64,000 nucleotides of DNA from Rhizaria sp. SCN 62-66. Taxonomy: Eukaryota. The translations under genes were made by a program, and so were the position numbers. Each line of letters opens with the position of its first letter. The first letter of the stretch is position 1. A model generated the notes under the pieces. It worked only from the letters and a program-made list of their open reading frames with translations. It was not told the origin of the DNA and searched no databases. Location: the NCBI GenBank assembly GCA_001724265.1, contig MEDY01000069.1, forward strand, positions 62,001-126,000, given 5' to 3'. Shown piece after piece: positions 49,861-60,223 of this stretch.

Positions 49861-52587
49861 TCACGGGCGCTTATCTCCGCCCTTGTTTTTCGCGTTGCTG
49901 TTGCTGTTCTCCGCAGTGACCGGGTCCGTGATGTTGGCGCACAGATGCAGCCACGCGAGCCCGCCACCAGTGGTCTCAGCGATCTTGCGCGCCAGGTCGA
50001 GGATGACAACCGGGAGCACCCAGGCGTCGAGGGCGGCGTACGTCAGCTGCGCTGACGACAGCGGGCGACGCGACCAGTCCGAGACCTGCTGCCCCTTGAA
50101 GAGCTGCTTGCCCATTGCGATCTGCACGGCCGTGGCCAGTCCGGCGGGGCTGGTGCGCGTGGAGACAAAGCGCGCGACGGCCGAGCGCGGCACGTCGCGC
50201 AGCGCGGCGCCAGACAGCGACAGGAGCGTGCTGCGCGCGGACGCCGGCAGCGTGGCGACCGTGATCTGCGGCGAGCCCATGCCGGAGCCGGGGGACCCGA
50301 CGCCGGACCCAGGCGAGCCAAGGCCGATGCTGGTGGGCGTGCCGACGGGCAGCGGGGACACCAGCGCACCAGCATCGTCGCCGGCACCGGCGCCAGCGCC
50401 AGTGTCGGCGTCAGCGTTCGCGTCGGCATCAGCCTCAACATCGCCATCAGCATTGCCGTTGCCGTTGCCAGTGCCGGGGTTGCCGCCGCGGCCGCTGCGG
50501 CCGTTGCCGGTGGCGGCGACGAGCTCGGGCAGCGCGTTCTTGCACACCGTGCCAACGCATAGCAGCGGTGCGCAGACCGAGAAGGCGGTGATGTGGCGGT
50601 ACAGCCCCGCGAGTCCCGAAATGTCCTCGGCGAAGGCCTGGCCCAGCTTGAGCACCCGGGGGTGCGACCACAACAGGCCGATCGCAGCGTTGAGGTCGGC
50701 GACGCCGGGCGCGTCGGGCTTGGCGAACTCGGGCAGGTCGACCAGGAAGGCTGTGTTGTGAATCGAGATCTGCAGCAGGAGCGGGTGCTGCGGGCGGCCA
50801 TCGAAATTGATCGCGGACTCGGTGTCAAGCCCGATCATGAGAGGGAACCGCGCCTGCAGCAGCGCCGCCGGATCCAGCGTCAGCCCGTCGGGCGTCACCA
50901 TCTGCGGGGCCGGGTCCTCGTCGGTGGCCGCAGCGCCGGCGCCGCCGTGCGCGCTCACGGCGCTCACGGCGCTCGCAGTGCTCACAGCGCTCGCGGCGGT
51001 GCTGAGGGGCGCGCTGGTGAGGCCGCCGCCGGTACCGCTGGGCGTGGGCGTCACAACCCCAGTCATGAGCACCGCGCCGGAGCTAGAGCACGTGCCTACG
51101 CGTTCCGGCACGGGCAGCTCGGTCGCGTCGACGGCGGCGATGGCGTCCTGCGCGCTCTTGAGGAAGTGCGCCGCGGACGCAGCGCTGTTGACCATGAGCA
51201 CCTGGGCGTCGGCAGGCAGCTGGACGTACTTCTCGTCGCCGCCGCACTGCGTCTCGGCCAGCTCGACCGACGACGACGGCAGCCGCTGGTCTGGGTTGTT
51301 GGCCAGCGCGTGCACCAGCTGCTGCGGCGGCGTGATGCGGTACCGCTTGCACAGCTCGTTGGCCTCGTAGTACTGCTCCCTGCGCACGGCCATGCTGACG
51401 ACGGCGCGGACAAGCGCGACGTTGCCCTTGGTGAGCGCCTGACACAGCTCCATGGTGCGGTTCGAGTAGACGATGAAGCCGACGCTCTTGATTGCAAGCT
51501 GATACTCCAGCTCCGGGTACTGGGAGATGGGCACCTTGGCGAGGTTGAGCAGCGCGGACGCGGTCTTGGAAGCACGGTTCTGCATCAGGGCGCGCATGAC
51601 CAAGTCAAGCGTCTGGGCCATGTACTTCTCCTTCTTCGCCGCGGACGCCGTGGCGAAGAAGAGCGACATGAGCTGCGTGAACATGGACGTGTTCTCGGGC
51701 TGGTAGCACTCGGAGAAGCGGCGCACGAGGTCCGGGATGTCGACCAGGTCGACGATGCCCAGGTTCTCGATGACGTGGCGCATGTGGCGCGGGTCCACCG
51801 TGCCGTGCTTGATTGCGTTGTTGAACAGGTTGAGGCGCTGCTTCTGGCTCAGGTTGAGGTCGAAGAGGCGCAGACAAGTGGACTTGTCAAGCAGATTGCC
51901 CCCGTCGAGGCACACGAAGTGATGCAACCACGAGCACGCGGGCTCCGCCAGCGGCTGCGTGTGAAACGCTTTCGTCAGCTGGTACACCGACGGCAGCAGC
52001 GGCACGGGCGGCACTGTGTGTGGCGTGAAGGCGGGCGGCAGCGAGTAGACCACGGAGGCGGTCTTGGTGCGGGTGACGACATCGCTCGAGTACGAGTCGA
52101 TCGGGACCGTGCCGGCGGGAGGCGCGTCGGTGGGCCAGCAGGAGTAGTTGACGCTGGGAAGCGCGGTGAGGAAGACGTTTGTGATGTGGTGCGCGCGGCA
52201 GCGGAAGAGCAAGAGCATCCAGAGCGAGAAGAAGGGGTGGTCCATGCCGCGGCTGTTGGCGTGCGACACGGGCTCGAAGTGCAGACGCTCGATCGCGCGC
52301 GTCATCGCGTTGCAGACGTACGCCGCAAAGGACGGGATCGGGATGTGGGCAAAGAGCCCAGTCCATGCGGAGATCACATTCGTGCACAGAGTCTCGAACC
52401 AATCCTCGATAGTGCCCGGCAAGGGCGCGTGGGCTGGCGGGAACGCGTGCACGGAGAGATCAATCTTGTGTTTTGTGATGTGCTGCATCAGGTCCTCAAG
52501 ATGCTGCGTCGAGTACTTAATCAGCACGTCTACGGGGGGACCGGTGCTCCTCTGCTGGCGCTTGGAGCCGGCTTGCTTGGGAGGCAT
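49861..52587 (-). CDS. DEDDy 3'-5' exonuclease, EXD3/Mut-7-like, 908 aa
   Basis: ExoI IGLDTES, then LLQIS and LKLGQAFAEDI (ExoII), then KGQQVSDWSRRPLSSAQLTYAALDA (ExoIII). Long helical N-terminal region. TGA stop. Confidence 0.85.
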   Translation of the reverse strand: MPPKQAGSKRQQRSTGPPVDVLIKYSTQHLEDLMQHITKHKIDLSVHAFPPAHAPLPGTIEDWFETLCTNVISAWTGLFAHIPIPSFAAYVCNAMTRAIERLHFEPVSHANSRGMDHPFFSLWMLLLFRCRAHHITNVFLTALPSVNYSCWPTDAPPAGTVPIDSYSSDVVTRTKTASVVYSLPPAFTPHTVPPVPLLPSVYQLTKAFHTQPLAEPACSWLHHFVCLDGGNLLDKSTCLRLFDLNLSQKQRLNLFNNAIKHGTVDPRHMRHVIENLGIVDLVDIPDLVRRFSECYQPENTSMFTQLMSLFFATASAAKKEKYMAQTLDLVMRALMQNRASKTASALLNLAKVPISQYPELEYQLAIKSVGFIVYSNRTMELCQALTKGNVALVRAVVSMAVRREQYYEANELCKRYRITPPQQLVHALANNPDQRLPSSSVELAETQCGGDEKYVQLPADAQVLMVNSAASAAHFLKSAQDAIAAVDATELPVPERVGTCSSSGAVLMTGVVTPTPSGTGGGLTSAPLSTAASAVSTASAVSAVSAHGGAGAAATDEDPAPQMVTPDGLTLDPAALLQARFPLMIGLDTESAINFDGRPQHPLLLQISIHNTAFLVDLPEFAKPDAPGVADLNAAIGLLWSHPRVLKLGQAFAEDISGLAGLYRHITAFSVCAPLLCVGTVCKNALPELVAATGNGRSGRGGNPGTGNGNGNADGDVEADADANADADTGAGAGAGDDAGALVSPLPVGTPTSIGLGSPGSGVGSPGSGMGSPQITVATLPASARSTLLSLSGAALRDVPRSAVARFVSTRTSPAGLATAVQIAMGKQLFKGQQVSDWSRRPLSSAQLTYAALDAWVLPVVILDLARKIAETTGGGLAWLHLCANITDPVTAENSNSNAKNKGGDKRP

Positions 52588-53165
52588 CTTTGTAGCTGAG
52601 TGTAGAGGAACTAGTCCTAAAGGCAGGTTGAAAATCAAGGTGAAACGATGCAATTTCACAGTGTGAAAATATAATTCAAGTGCAGTTTATTCGCGTTTTG
52701 ATCTAGAAATTGAAATGTGGCGCTACTCTTGTTCTCGTTATCTATATCGAGATTCAGCTTTTCAAGCTCTTCGTGGACGGATGCTTTTCACAGAAGTCAA
52801 AAACCACTTGTGGTTGAAAACAAAGATGGCAACATAAACCGACATCAACAGCGTCAGAAGAAGATCACTCTCTGGGCATAGATAGAAATATACTACTACA
52901 TCCCACATTCAGTGGCTTTGATTCAGTTGAACTCATCTTCATGTCTTTGTATTCTCTCTCTACATCGCTGCATAACTCAGATACAGCGTCATAATCGCAA
53001 TGTACATGTACACGTACGTACATGCATAAGAACAGTGTGTTCTTCATTCTAAATCTAAGTAATAGCATTATCATATCATATCATAAACATAAACAATATA
53101 AGCATATCTCGTATGATCGGAAACAATAACACCAATGATCTCCCTCATATCAGAAGTTATGTTGT

Positions 53166-54246
53166 TTAGTTATAGTTGGCGGCGCACTTGTCAAATAGCG
53201 CGGACGCGGCGGCCTCCTTGGCAAACCAATCAGCTCCGGGGTGCGCCTGCTTAAGCTCCTCCAACACCTTGCTCAGCACGTCGTCCGCGGCGGGCGTGAC
53301 GGAGCCGCGGTGGAACATGCACACCGCCGAGTTGACCAGAGTGTCCACGGTCGCCGGGTGCCCGTTGGCGCGCGCGAGCTCGCGGGCCTGACGCAAGTAC
53401 TGGAAACCCTCGCGCGCCTTCTGCTGCAGCAGTTGCGTAACGGCAAGCAGCGAGAGCACGACGGGGGACGGCCCGGCCTTCTCGGCGACTTCGGTGAGCG
53501 TGTTGAAGGCCTCGGTGAGGGACGAGGAAGAGTGCTTGGCAATGAGCACCCAGGACAGGGCGAGCTGAGACAGTGCGTCATCGTCGTCGACGTCGCACAT
53601 CTGGCGCGCAACCTTCTCCGCGAGGTCCACGCGCTGCATCGCGAGCAAGATCTGCACCTGCGTCGCAAGCCTAGAGAGTCAAGAAGGCAAAGCAGGGGAC
53701 GTTACAGTATGAGCAAGTTGAAAAATTGATTGTACAGCGGAGAACGAGAGTTGTGATAAGACAACATCAAAGAAAATAGTCCTGGGAAAAATAAAAACAG
53801 TAATAACACGAGGTTTTAGTCTCATAAACGTACTTCTCGAGGTTGTCGGCGGCGTTAGTGGAGACGATCTGAAGGGCTTCCTTGAGGTTGCCATCGAGGA
53901 TGTAGATGCTCGCGGCCTGCAGCTGGACCGTAACATCGGCAGCAAAGTCGGCGTCCTTAAGCCAGGCCTCGATCGTGTCGAGCACGGTCTGGCGGTGCTG
54001 CGGCGTGCCGCGGTGGATGCGGTACATGACGTAGAGCTTGATGCTCTGCAGTGCGATGGGGGAGGTGGCCGTCACCACAGCGTCCAGCTGCGCGGGTGAG
54101 AGCTCGGCCAGCGCGCGGTGGCGAAAGACGTCAACAAAGGGAACGGAGGGGGGAATGTTGGCCGCCTCGGAGATGCAGGTCTGGTACTGGCCGAGGTAGA
54201 AGGCGTTGCGCACAGTACGCAAGTCATCGATCTGGTTGTACGACAT
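53166..54246 (-). CDS. COPE: Coatomer subunit epsilon, 305 aa, 2 exons (54246-53834, 53670-53166)
   Basis: DDLRTVRNAFYLGQYQTCISEA and QILLAMQRVDLAEKVARQMCDVDDDDALSQLALSWV; C-terminal HP..WFAKEAAASALFD. Intron GTACGT...TAG. TAA stop. Confidence 0.93.
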
Positions 54247-54776
54247 GCTCCTGCATAGCAAACGCGTTTCCACAAGATATCAAGGTGAAGACAAGCGTTT
54301 TGAGTGGTGTGGATAGTAAAATGTGATATTTTCCAGCAGTAAGTACAGAGATAAAGCAGTAGCATTACAAATATAATATAATTGAGCGCTGTAGGGGTGA
54401 TTCGAAGTATGTCGAGTCAGCCAAAGTGGGTCGCCTCTAGCTGGACCCTGACAGAGATTGAAATCAGCTCAGATCGGCTCAAATCGATCGTCAATGCGGC
54501 ATGAATTTTAACAATGAGTATTATATCTTCGCATCAGTATAAATATAAAATCGTCACTCTTACTTGACGTCTCTTGCCTTTCCACAGCTCATCGCCCTAA
54601 CTTGCCTGATCCCTCTCGCTTTGTCACGCCAGGATCTTCCCTCAGCACCAGCCCGTACCGCTTTCGCTCCCGGAAACTGGTCAGATTGCCTTCTCTCGCA
54701 ACAAACTCCGACCCTGGTGCACGTTGCTCTGTGATCTTTGCTAGGCACTGCGCGCTGCGCTGAGACGTCGTGATAT

Positions 54777-57347
54777 ATGATGGGTTTTCTCATCTTTCTC
54801 GGAGGTACGTCCCTCTATTCTAGTCACGCACTTCACTATAAATGTAAGCTCCTCTGTGCCACTATATTCCCACTCTCTTACCATACGCACTTGCATTGTT
54901 GACCATGCTATAGGATTGCTATTGGGCGTTGTCTTGTCCCTCGTTGCCTTGTTCTTCGCGCTGTTCAACGTGCGCCTCTTCTCCTCCGCGTCTGGCGGCG
55001 TGCAGCTGCGCTCCGCGGGCGACCACCTGCGCTCCCGCATCTCGCGCCCCTCGGCCGCGCCGCGCGGAGCCGCGTTTGCCAAGTACCCCGTGCGCTCGCT
55101 GCTCGACACTTACTTCGACGCGAACCGCGACGAAGAAGGCAACTTCTTCGAAGACCCCGAGGCGCTGGCCATCAGCAACAGCGGCACTGCCGCCGCCGCG
55201 GCCGCTGCTGCACCCGCGTTCGCCTGCTTCCTTAAGTCCTCTGTCGGCAGCGCCCCGAACGACAGCACGCCGCAGTCTCTCGACGACAACAACTCTGTCG
55301 CGGGCTCTCAAAGCAGCAGCAGTGTTGCGCATACCAACACCTCCAGCTCACTCGATACTGCCAACATGGCCGCCTCCGGCCTGGCGAGCCCTGTAATGCG
55401 CGCAGCCGACGACGACTGGGCCCGCGAGGTTGAGGCTAACTCGGTCCGTCTTAGCGTTGCCCTTGAGACGTACTTGCAGACCGCGCTGGCGGCTACCCAC
55501 CCCAACCCCGACGACGCCGACGCCGACGCCATCGCCGAGGCGGCGGCGGCGGCTGCGGCTGCCGCTGCGAGGGACCGTGAGCAGCCCGTGGCCGGCGTGG
55601 AGCCCGGGGGCGAGAGCGTGGTGTGGTTGAACCTGCTCATTCGCCGTGCGCTGCAGTTCGCCGTTGGGCTGGGCGTCGAGGTCGAGCAGTCCACGCACGC
55701 CGCCGCCGCCGCAGCCGCAGCCGCCGCGGCCACGACTGCAAACACCGGAGCTCAGAGCGAAGCGCTGGGTAGCCCAGTGTCGTCACCGCTGTCGTCGCCC
55801 CTTAGCAAGGGCAAGGGCGGCGCCGGTGTCTCAGCGCGCCCCCTAGCGACGGCCACCGGCGTGGCGAGCGATGAGTACAACATCAGCAGCAGCGGCAGTG
55901 ACCGTGCGCAGAAAGTGGACACGGTCACCACGGCCGCCGCGCTGTCGACGTCGCTCTCGCCCCGGCCTCAGCGCACCCGCGCGGCCACAGCTGGCGCCGC
56001 AGCCTCAGCCACAGCCTCAAACAACCCCAACGCCGCCAGCAATGCGGGCTCTGGCAGCAGCACTGCGAGTGCGAGCGCGAGTCGCCGTCCTGCGCCGTTC
56101 GACGCCTCGTCGTCCGTGCTCGTTCAGCTTGCCAACGCGGCTCTGGCGCGCGCGCCGCTGCCCGACCTGCTGGGTGTGACGCAGATCGAGACGCTGTACC
56201 CCGGAGTCGTGGCGCCGCTAATCCACCGTGTCGCCGTGCTGTCGGCGGAGCCCGGGGAGCCGATTGTGTTCGAGGTCGAGTGGACATACACCGGAGACTC
56301 CGTGCTTGAGGTTTCGACGAGCCTCAAGATCGACGCGTTTGGCATCAAGGGGCTCGCCTCCATGCCCGTGCAGGTCCGTAATCGCAACTGTTGAACTGAA
56401 ACGCAGAAGTGTTTACTTGTTGAATGAGTTTCTTTTTGTCATGAATTGAATCTTGTGAATTGTAATCACATTTTCATATTTTTTGCTTTTTTTCACGAGT
56501 TCATATATCTTTGTTGTTTTCTTCGCTGCGTATATAGGTCGCAATCTCGAACATTTACATCGCCGCTTGCACACGCTTCTCGCTGGCACTGACTCCCCGC
56601 GACTCAGCCCTCTCCTTCTGCCTCACTGCCCCCCCCGTGCTGCGCTTCGACCTTGCCTCAGCGCTCGGTTACTACATCCAGCTCGTCAACACGCCGCATA
56701 TCCACTCGATCGTGCACAAGCTCGCCACCGCCGCGCTCGCGAAGGCCGCCGTCGCACCCAACATTGTCTCGGTCCCCTTGCTGCGCGGTGTGAGCGACAA
56801 GCTCGTGGCCGCCGCACTCACGGTCTTCGGCCTCAAGCCCCCCGCGCCCGTGTCTGCGCCCGTGTCTTCGTCTGCGCTGGCACCTGTGCCGGCTCGCAGT
56901 GATGCCGCGGGGACGCGTGATGGAACTCGTGAGGGTGCAGCTCGTGATGCCAGTGGGCCGAGCACGCCTGCGGTCACGCGTACGCAGGCGAGGACCGGGC
57001 AGCAGCCGCAAGAGGAAGAGGAAGAGGAGCTTACTCGCGGACAGGGGCAGGGGCAGCGGGACGCCGCGTTGTCGGGCCTCCGCGTCCGCACTGCCGCGAA
57101 CAACAACACGGCCGACTCGGCCACTCGTGATAACAACATCAGTGGAATGCGTTCCCCGAACGCCACCGCGCAAGAGCAGTCGCAGGCGATGAAGTCGCCG
57201 CTGGGACTGGGCTCCGGCGCCGCCGGGCGCGGGCAGGCCGGCGCTCTCGTCAGCGCGCTGAGCGGCGCCATCGGGTCCGGAGCAAAGAGCCCGGTGCTGA
57301 GTCAGCAGCTGTGGGGGGACGACGCCAAGAAGGGCGAGTTCTACTGA
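54777..57347 (+). CDS. Membrane-anchored SMP (TULIP) lipid-transfer-domain protein, 765 aa, 3 exons (54777-54804, 54914-56373, 56538-57347)
   Basis: N-terminal TM (FLIFLGGLLLGVVLSLVALFF). SMP-like blocks ESVVWLNLLIRR, LPDLLGVTQIETLYPGVVAPLIHRV, FEVEWTYTGD and FCLTAPPVLRFDL...LVNTPHIHSIVHKL. Both introns restore the frame. TGA stop. Confidence 0.75.
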
Positions 57348-57930
57348 AGAGTGCCAGCTGACAAGCATGCACACTGACAACAGGCACAAATAATGCAGCA
57401 ACATCAGTGTCACCTGGCGTTGTGATATGTCTGTCGAGTAATGTTAAGGTATTTTATTCCGAGCAAGCTGAGTATGGTTCTCGGACTTCTGTTTGTAACC
57501 AATGTTTAGGATTTACTCGTCGTATTAAAACTTAAAGTAACGCTATCTAGGTATTTTGTATTTATGTTTATCTCTGTAACTTTCCATTGGTTTGTATAGA
57601 GTAATACAAGGTATATTTATGTCAAAGACACACAACATTGTTTTTACGCCTTCTTAAAGTTAGACAAGATCGGAACGATTCCAACTAATACAAAGAAGTG
57701 TGCGTAGTACAGATCTGGAGTGAGATAGAACAAAGTGAATTGTATGATTTCTCAGACACACCCAACAGTTGTGTGGCACTGGCCCCATATGCATACATGT
57801 ACATAACAGTATGCATACAAAACCATCACATCAGAAGCACATTCATACACGACACCATAAATCATTCGTGGAAGCACGGTATTAACAGGAGAGTTTGCAG
57901 ACACACGCATTAACACAATCCATCAAGCAT

Positions 57931-58944
57931 TCACGCCTTGTTAACAGCAGTAGTAGGAGCGGGCTTGAACTTGAGCGAGATGTCGAGCGCAGTCACCGAG
58001 TGCGTCAGCTGGCCGGAGCTGACAAAGTCCACGTTAGTCTTGGCAATCTCGCCCACAGTCTCGAGCATCACGTTGCCGGACACCTCGGTCTCCATCTCGC
58101 GGCCCTTGCTCACGGTCCCTGCGGAAATTTTAGCTGCCTGGTCCTTGAGCACGAGCTCCTGCGCCTGCGCAATGAGCGACGTGTCGATGCCAGTGGTCTT
58201 GCCGCTGCTGCCGTCCTTGACGAGCTTGGTCATGTTGTCGAACATGATACGCGTGACACCCAGGTGCTGCACGGCGAGCGCCTCAGTCACCTCTGCCAGA
58301 GAGCCCGTCTCGACCTCGATGGCGATGTTGCGCTCACGCAGCACGGGGTCCGCCTGCAGGAACGCATGGGTGTTCTCCACGGCCTGCGTGATGCCGCCCG
58401 CGGCCTCGATGTGGTTGTCCTTGATCATGACCATGTCGTACAGCCCGACGCGGTGGTTGCACCCGCCGCCGAGACGCACAGCGAGCTTATCAATCATGCG
58501 CAGACCGGGGACCGTCTTGCGCGTGTCGAGGATGCGGGTGCGCGAACCAGCGGCTGCGATGGCGTCCACGTACGCGCGCGTCAGCGTCGCAATGCCCGAC
58601 ATGCGCTGCATGAAGTTGAGCGCGGTCCGCTCGGCGATGAGGATGCCGCGCGAGAGGCCGACGGCGGTGCCGATGATGTCGCCCATGGCCACGCGGTCGC
58701 CGTCGGACTTGCTCCAGGTCACCACGATCGACGGGTCAACGCGGCGGAAAACCTCGGAAACGACGGCAAGACCAGCAACGACGCCGGAGGCCTTGGCAAC
58801 GAAGTAGGCGTCCGAGTGTGCGTCGGCAGGGATGGTGGCGTTGGCCGAGACATCGCCAGTCGCCACATCCTCGGCCAGAGCGGTCTCGATCGCGCGAGTG
58901 ATCTGCTCAGACTCGCTGACAAGGGGGAAAGTAAGCTCAGACAT
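57931..58944 (-). CDS. QPRT: Nicotinate-nucleotide pyrophosphorylase (quinolinate phosphoribosyltransferase), 337 aa
   Basis: Motifs ALAEDVATGDVS, AERTALNFMQRMSGIAT, ILDTRKTVPGLR, NHRVGLYDMVMIKDNHI, IEVE, EVSGNV and LTHSVTALDISL. Confidence 0.96.
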   Translation of the reverse strand: MSELTFPLVSESEQITRAIETALAEDVATGDVSANATIPADAHSDAYFVAKASGVVAGLAVVSEVFRRVDPSIVVTWSKSDGDRVAMGDIIGTAVGLSRGILIAERTALNFMQRMSGIATLTRAYVDAIAAAGSRTRILDTRKTVPGLRMIDKLAVRLGGGCNHRVGLYDMVMIKDNHIEAAGGITQAVENTHAFLQADPVLRERNIAIEVETGSLAEVTEALAVQHLGVTRIMFDNMTKLVKDGSSGKTTGIDTSLIAQAQELVLKDQAAKISAGTVSKGREMETEVSGNVMLETVGEIAKTNVDFVSSGQLTHSVTALDISLKFKPAPTTAVNKA

Positions 58945-59316
58945 TGTGCTTGGTAGTCTGGGTGGCGTTAGAGTGTGAGCGAAAGTGAGGGTATGGGGCC
59001 GTGAGAAGGGGGGTCCAGCAAGGGGCGATTCGAGCGACATGCATTTGAGAGGGAAAGAAAAGTGAATTGATTGCGTGAATGGATCCGATACTTGAGCGCC
59101 CTGGTTGATATGATATACATTTGAGTGTTTGAACTATTCTCCCAATTTTGCACGAGCTCATCTAGCGGAAGATGTTGCTGAAATGCCTCCTTTGTTCAAC
59201 GTGGGCTTCCTCCCAAGATTCACGCTGCCTTTCCGTTTGTGGTCGCATCAAATGTCCCTCGTCCCACTCACCTCACACTCTCATTTCGCGTCCACTTGCT
59301 TCCACAACCCGTAAAA

Positions 59317-59800
59317 ATGATTCGCCTCCTTGTCGTCATTCTCGCCATACTCCTCAGTACGTCCCCAACGCAATATACATCTTGATCTTCCGTTTACCAA
59401 CGTAGCACCGATCCCTCGCTCATATCTCCGTTTCTCTCTCTGTTCCGCGTTCCGCATCTCAACCCCACCAGCCGTCTCCGCCGAGCAGATGAACTGTGTC
59501 TACGACCCTGTCAAGGCCAAGCAGCAGGTCCAGAACATCTGGACCAAGCTCCAGGCCATGAACACGCGCATGTCCACACTCACGGGCGACGCCCTCACCC
59601 GCGAGTCCATCACCGCGGCCCAGACCGAGTACCTCACCTTCCCCATTACCTACCAGATCAACTGGGAGATCATCGACGTCAAGCCCGAGGACGCGCAAAA
59701 GGTCGCCGACTCGCTGCGCGACAAGGTCCGCGAGGCCGGTGCCACGCTCGGCTCCAACAAGCACATTCCGCGCCTCTTCAACGCCGAAGAAGAGGATTAA
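59317..59800 (+). CDS. Small secreted hypothetical protein, 122 aa, 2 exons (59317-59356, 59472-59800)
   Basis: Splicing GTACGT...CAG yields the signal peptide MIRLLVVILAILLTVSA followed by EQMNCVYDP. Very strong C/G-ending codon bias. TAA stop. Confidence 0.75.
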
Positions 59801-60223
59801 GCAAGCTCTGAGCAGACCATTGTACACGCGCTGCTGGGCACATGGTGTTTTTTCGTGTACTGTCAATGGATATGGCGTACTCCTCTGCACAGCTATAATA
59901 AAACTATAATTCCTAAACATGACATGTAGAAACTCAAAAGCTTGTACAAATGTGAAGTAACAGGCGGAAGCAAACATAAGTTGGAGCGAGAAACTAAAGA
60001 TACTTGGCTTGTATGATGTCATCAATACACAAAGCTTTGAAAAGAAATAAAACGAAAATAACAAACTGTCTAATTTCACAAACATATCTACTCACAAAGA
60101 ACCAACACAAACTCGCCCTGATCACAAAGCAGCGCTCACCCGGTGTATTCGCCTTCTGTCATGTGCGTGCGCGTGAAGTCAATGTTTGTCACTGTGCACG
60201 CGCGGTATGATATAACAGTGCGC

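Noticed and set aside
17786-52587. Nucleotidyltransferase plus Mut-7-like exonuclease as a small-RNA pathway cluster
   Set aside because: They are more than 20 kb apart and separated by unrelated housekeeping genes; nothing indicates functional linkage.
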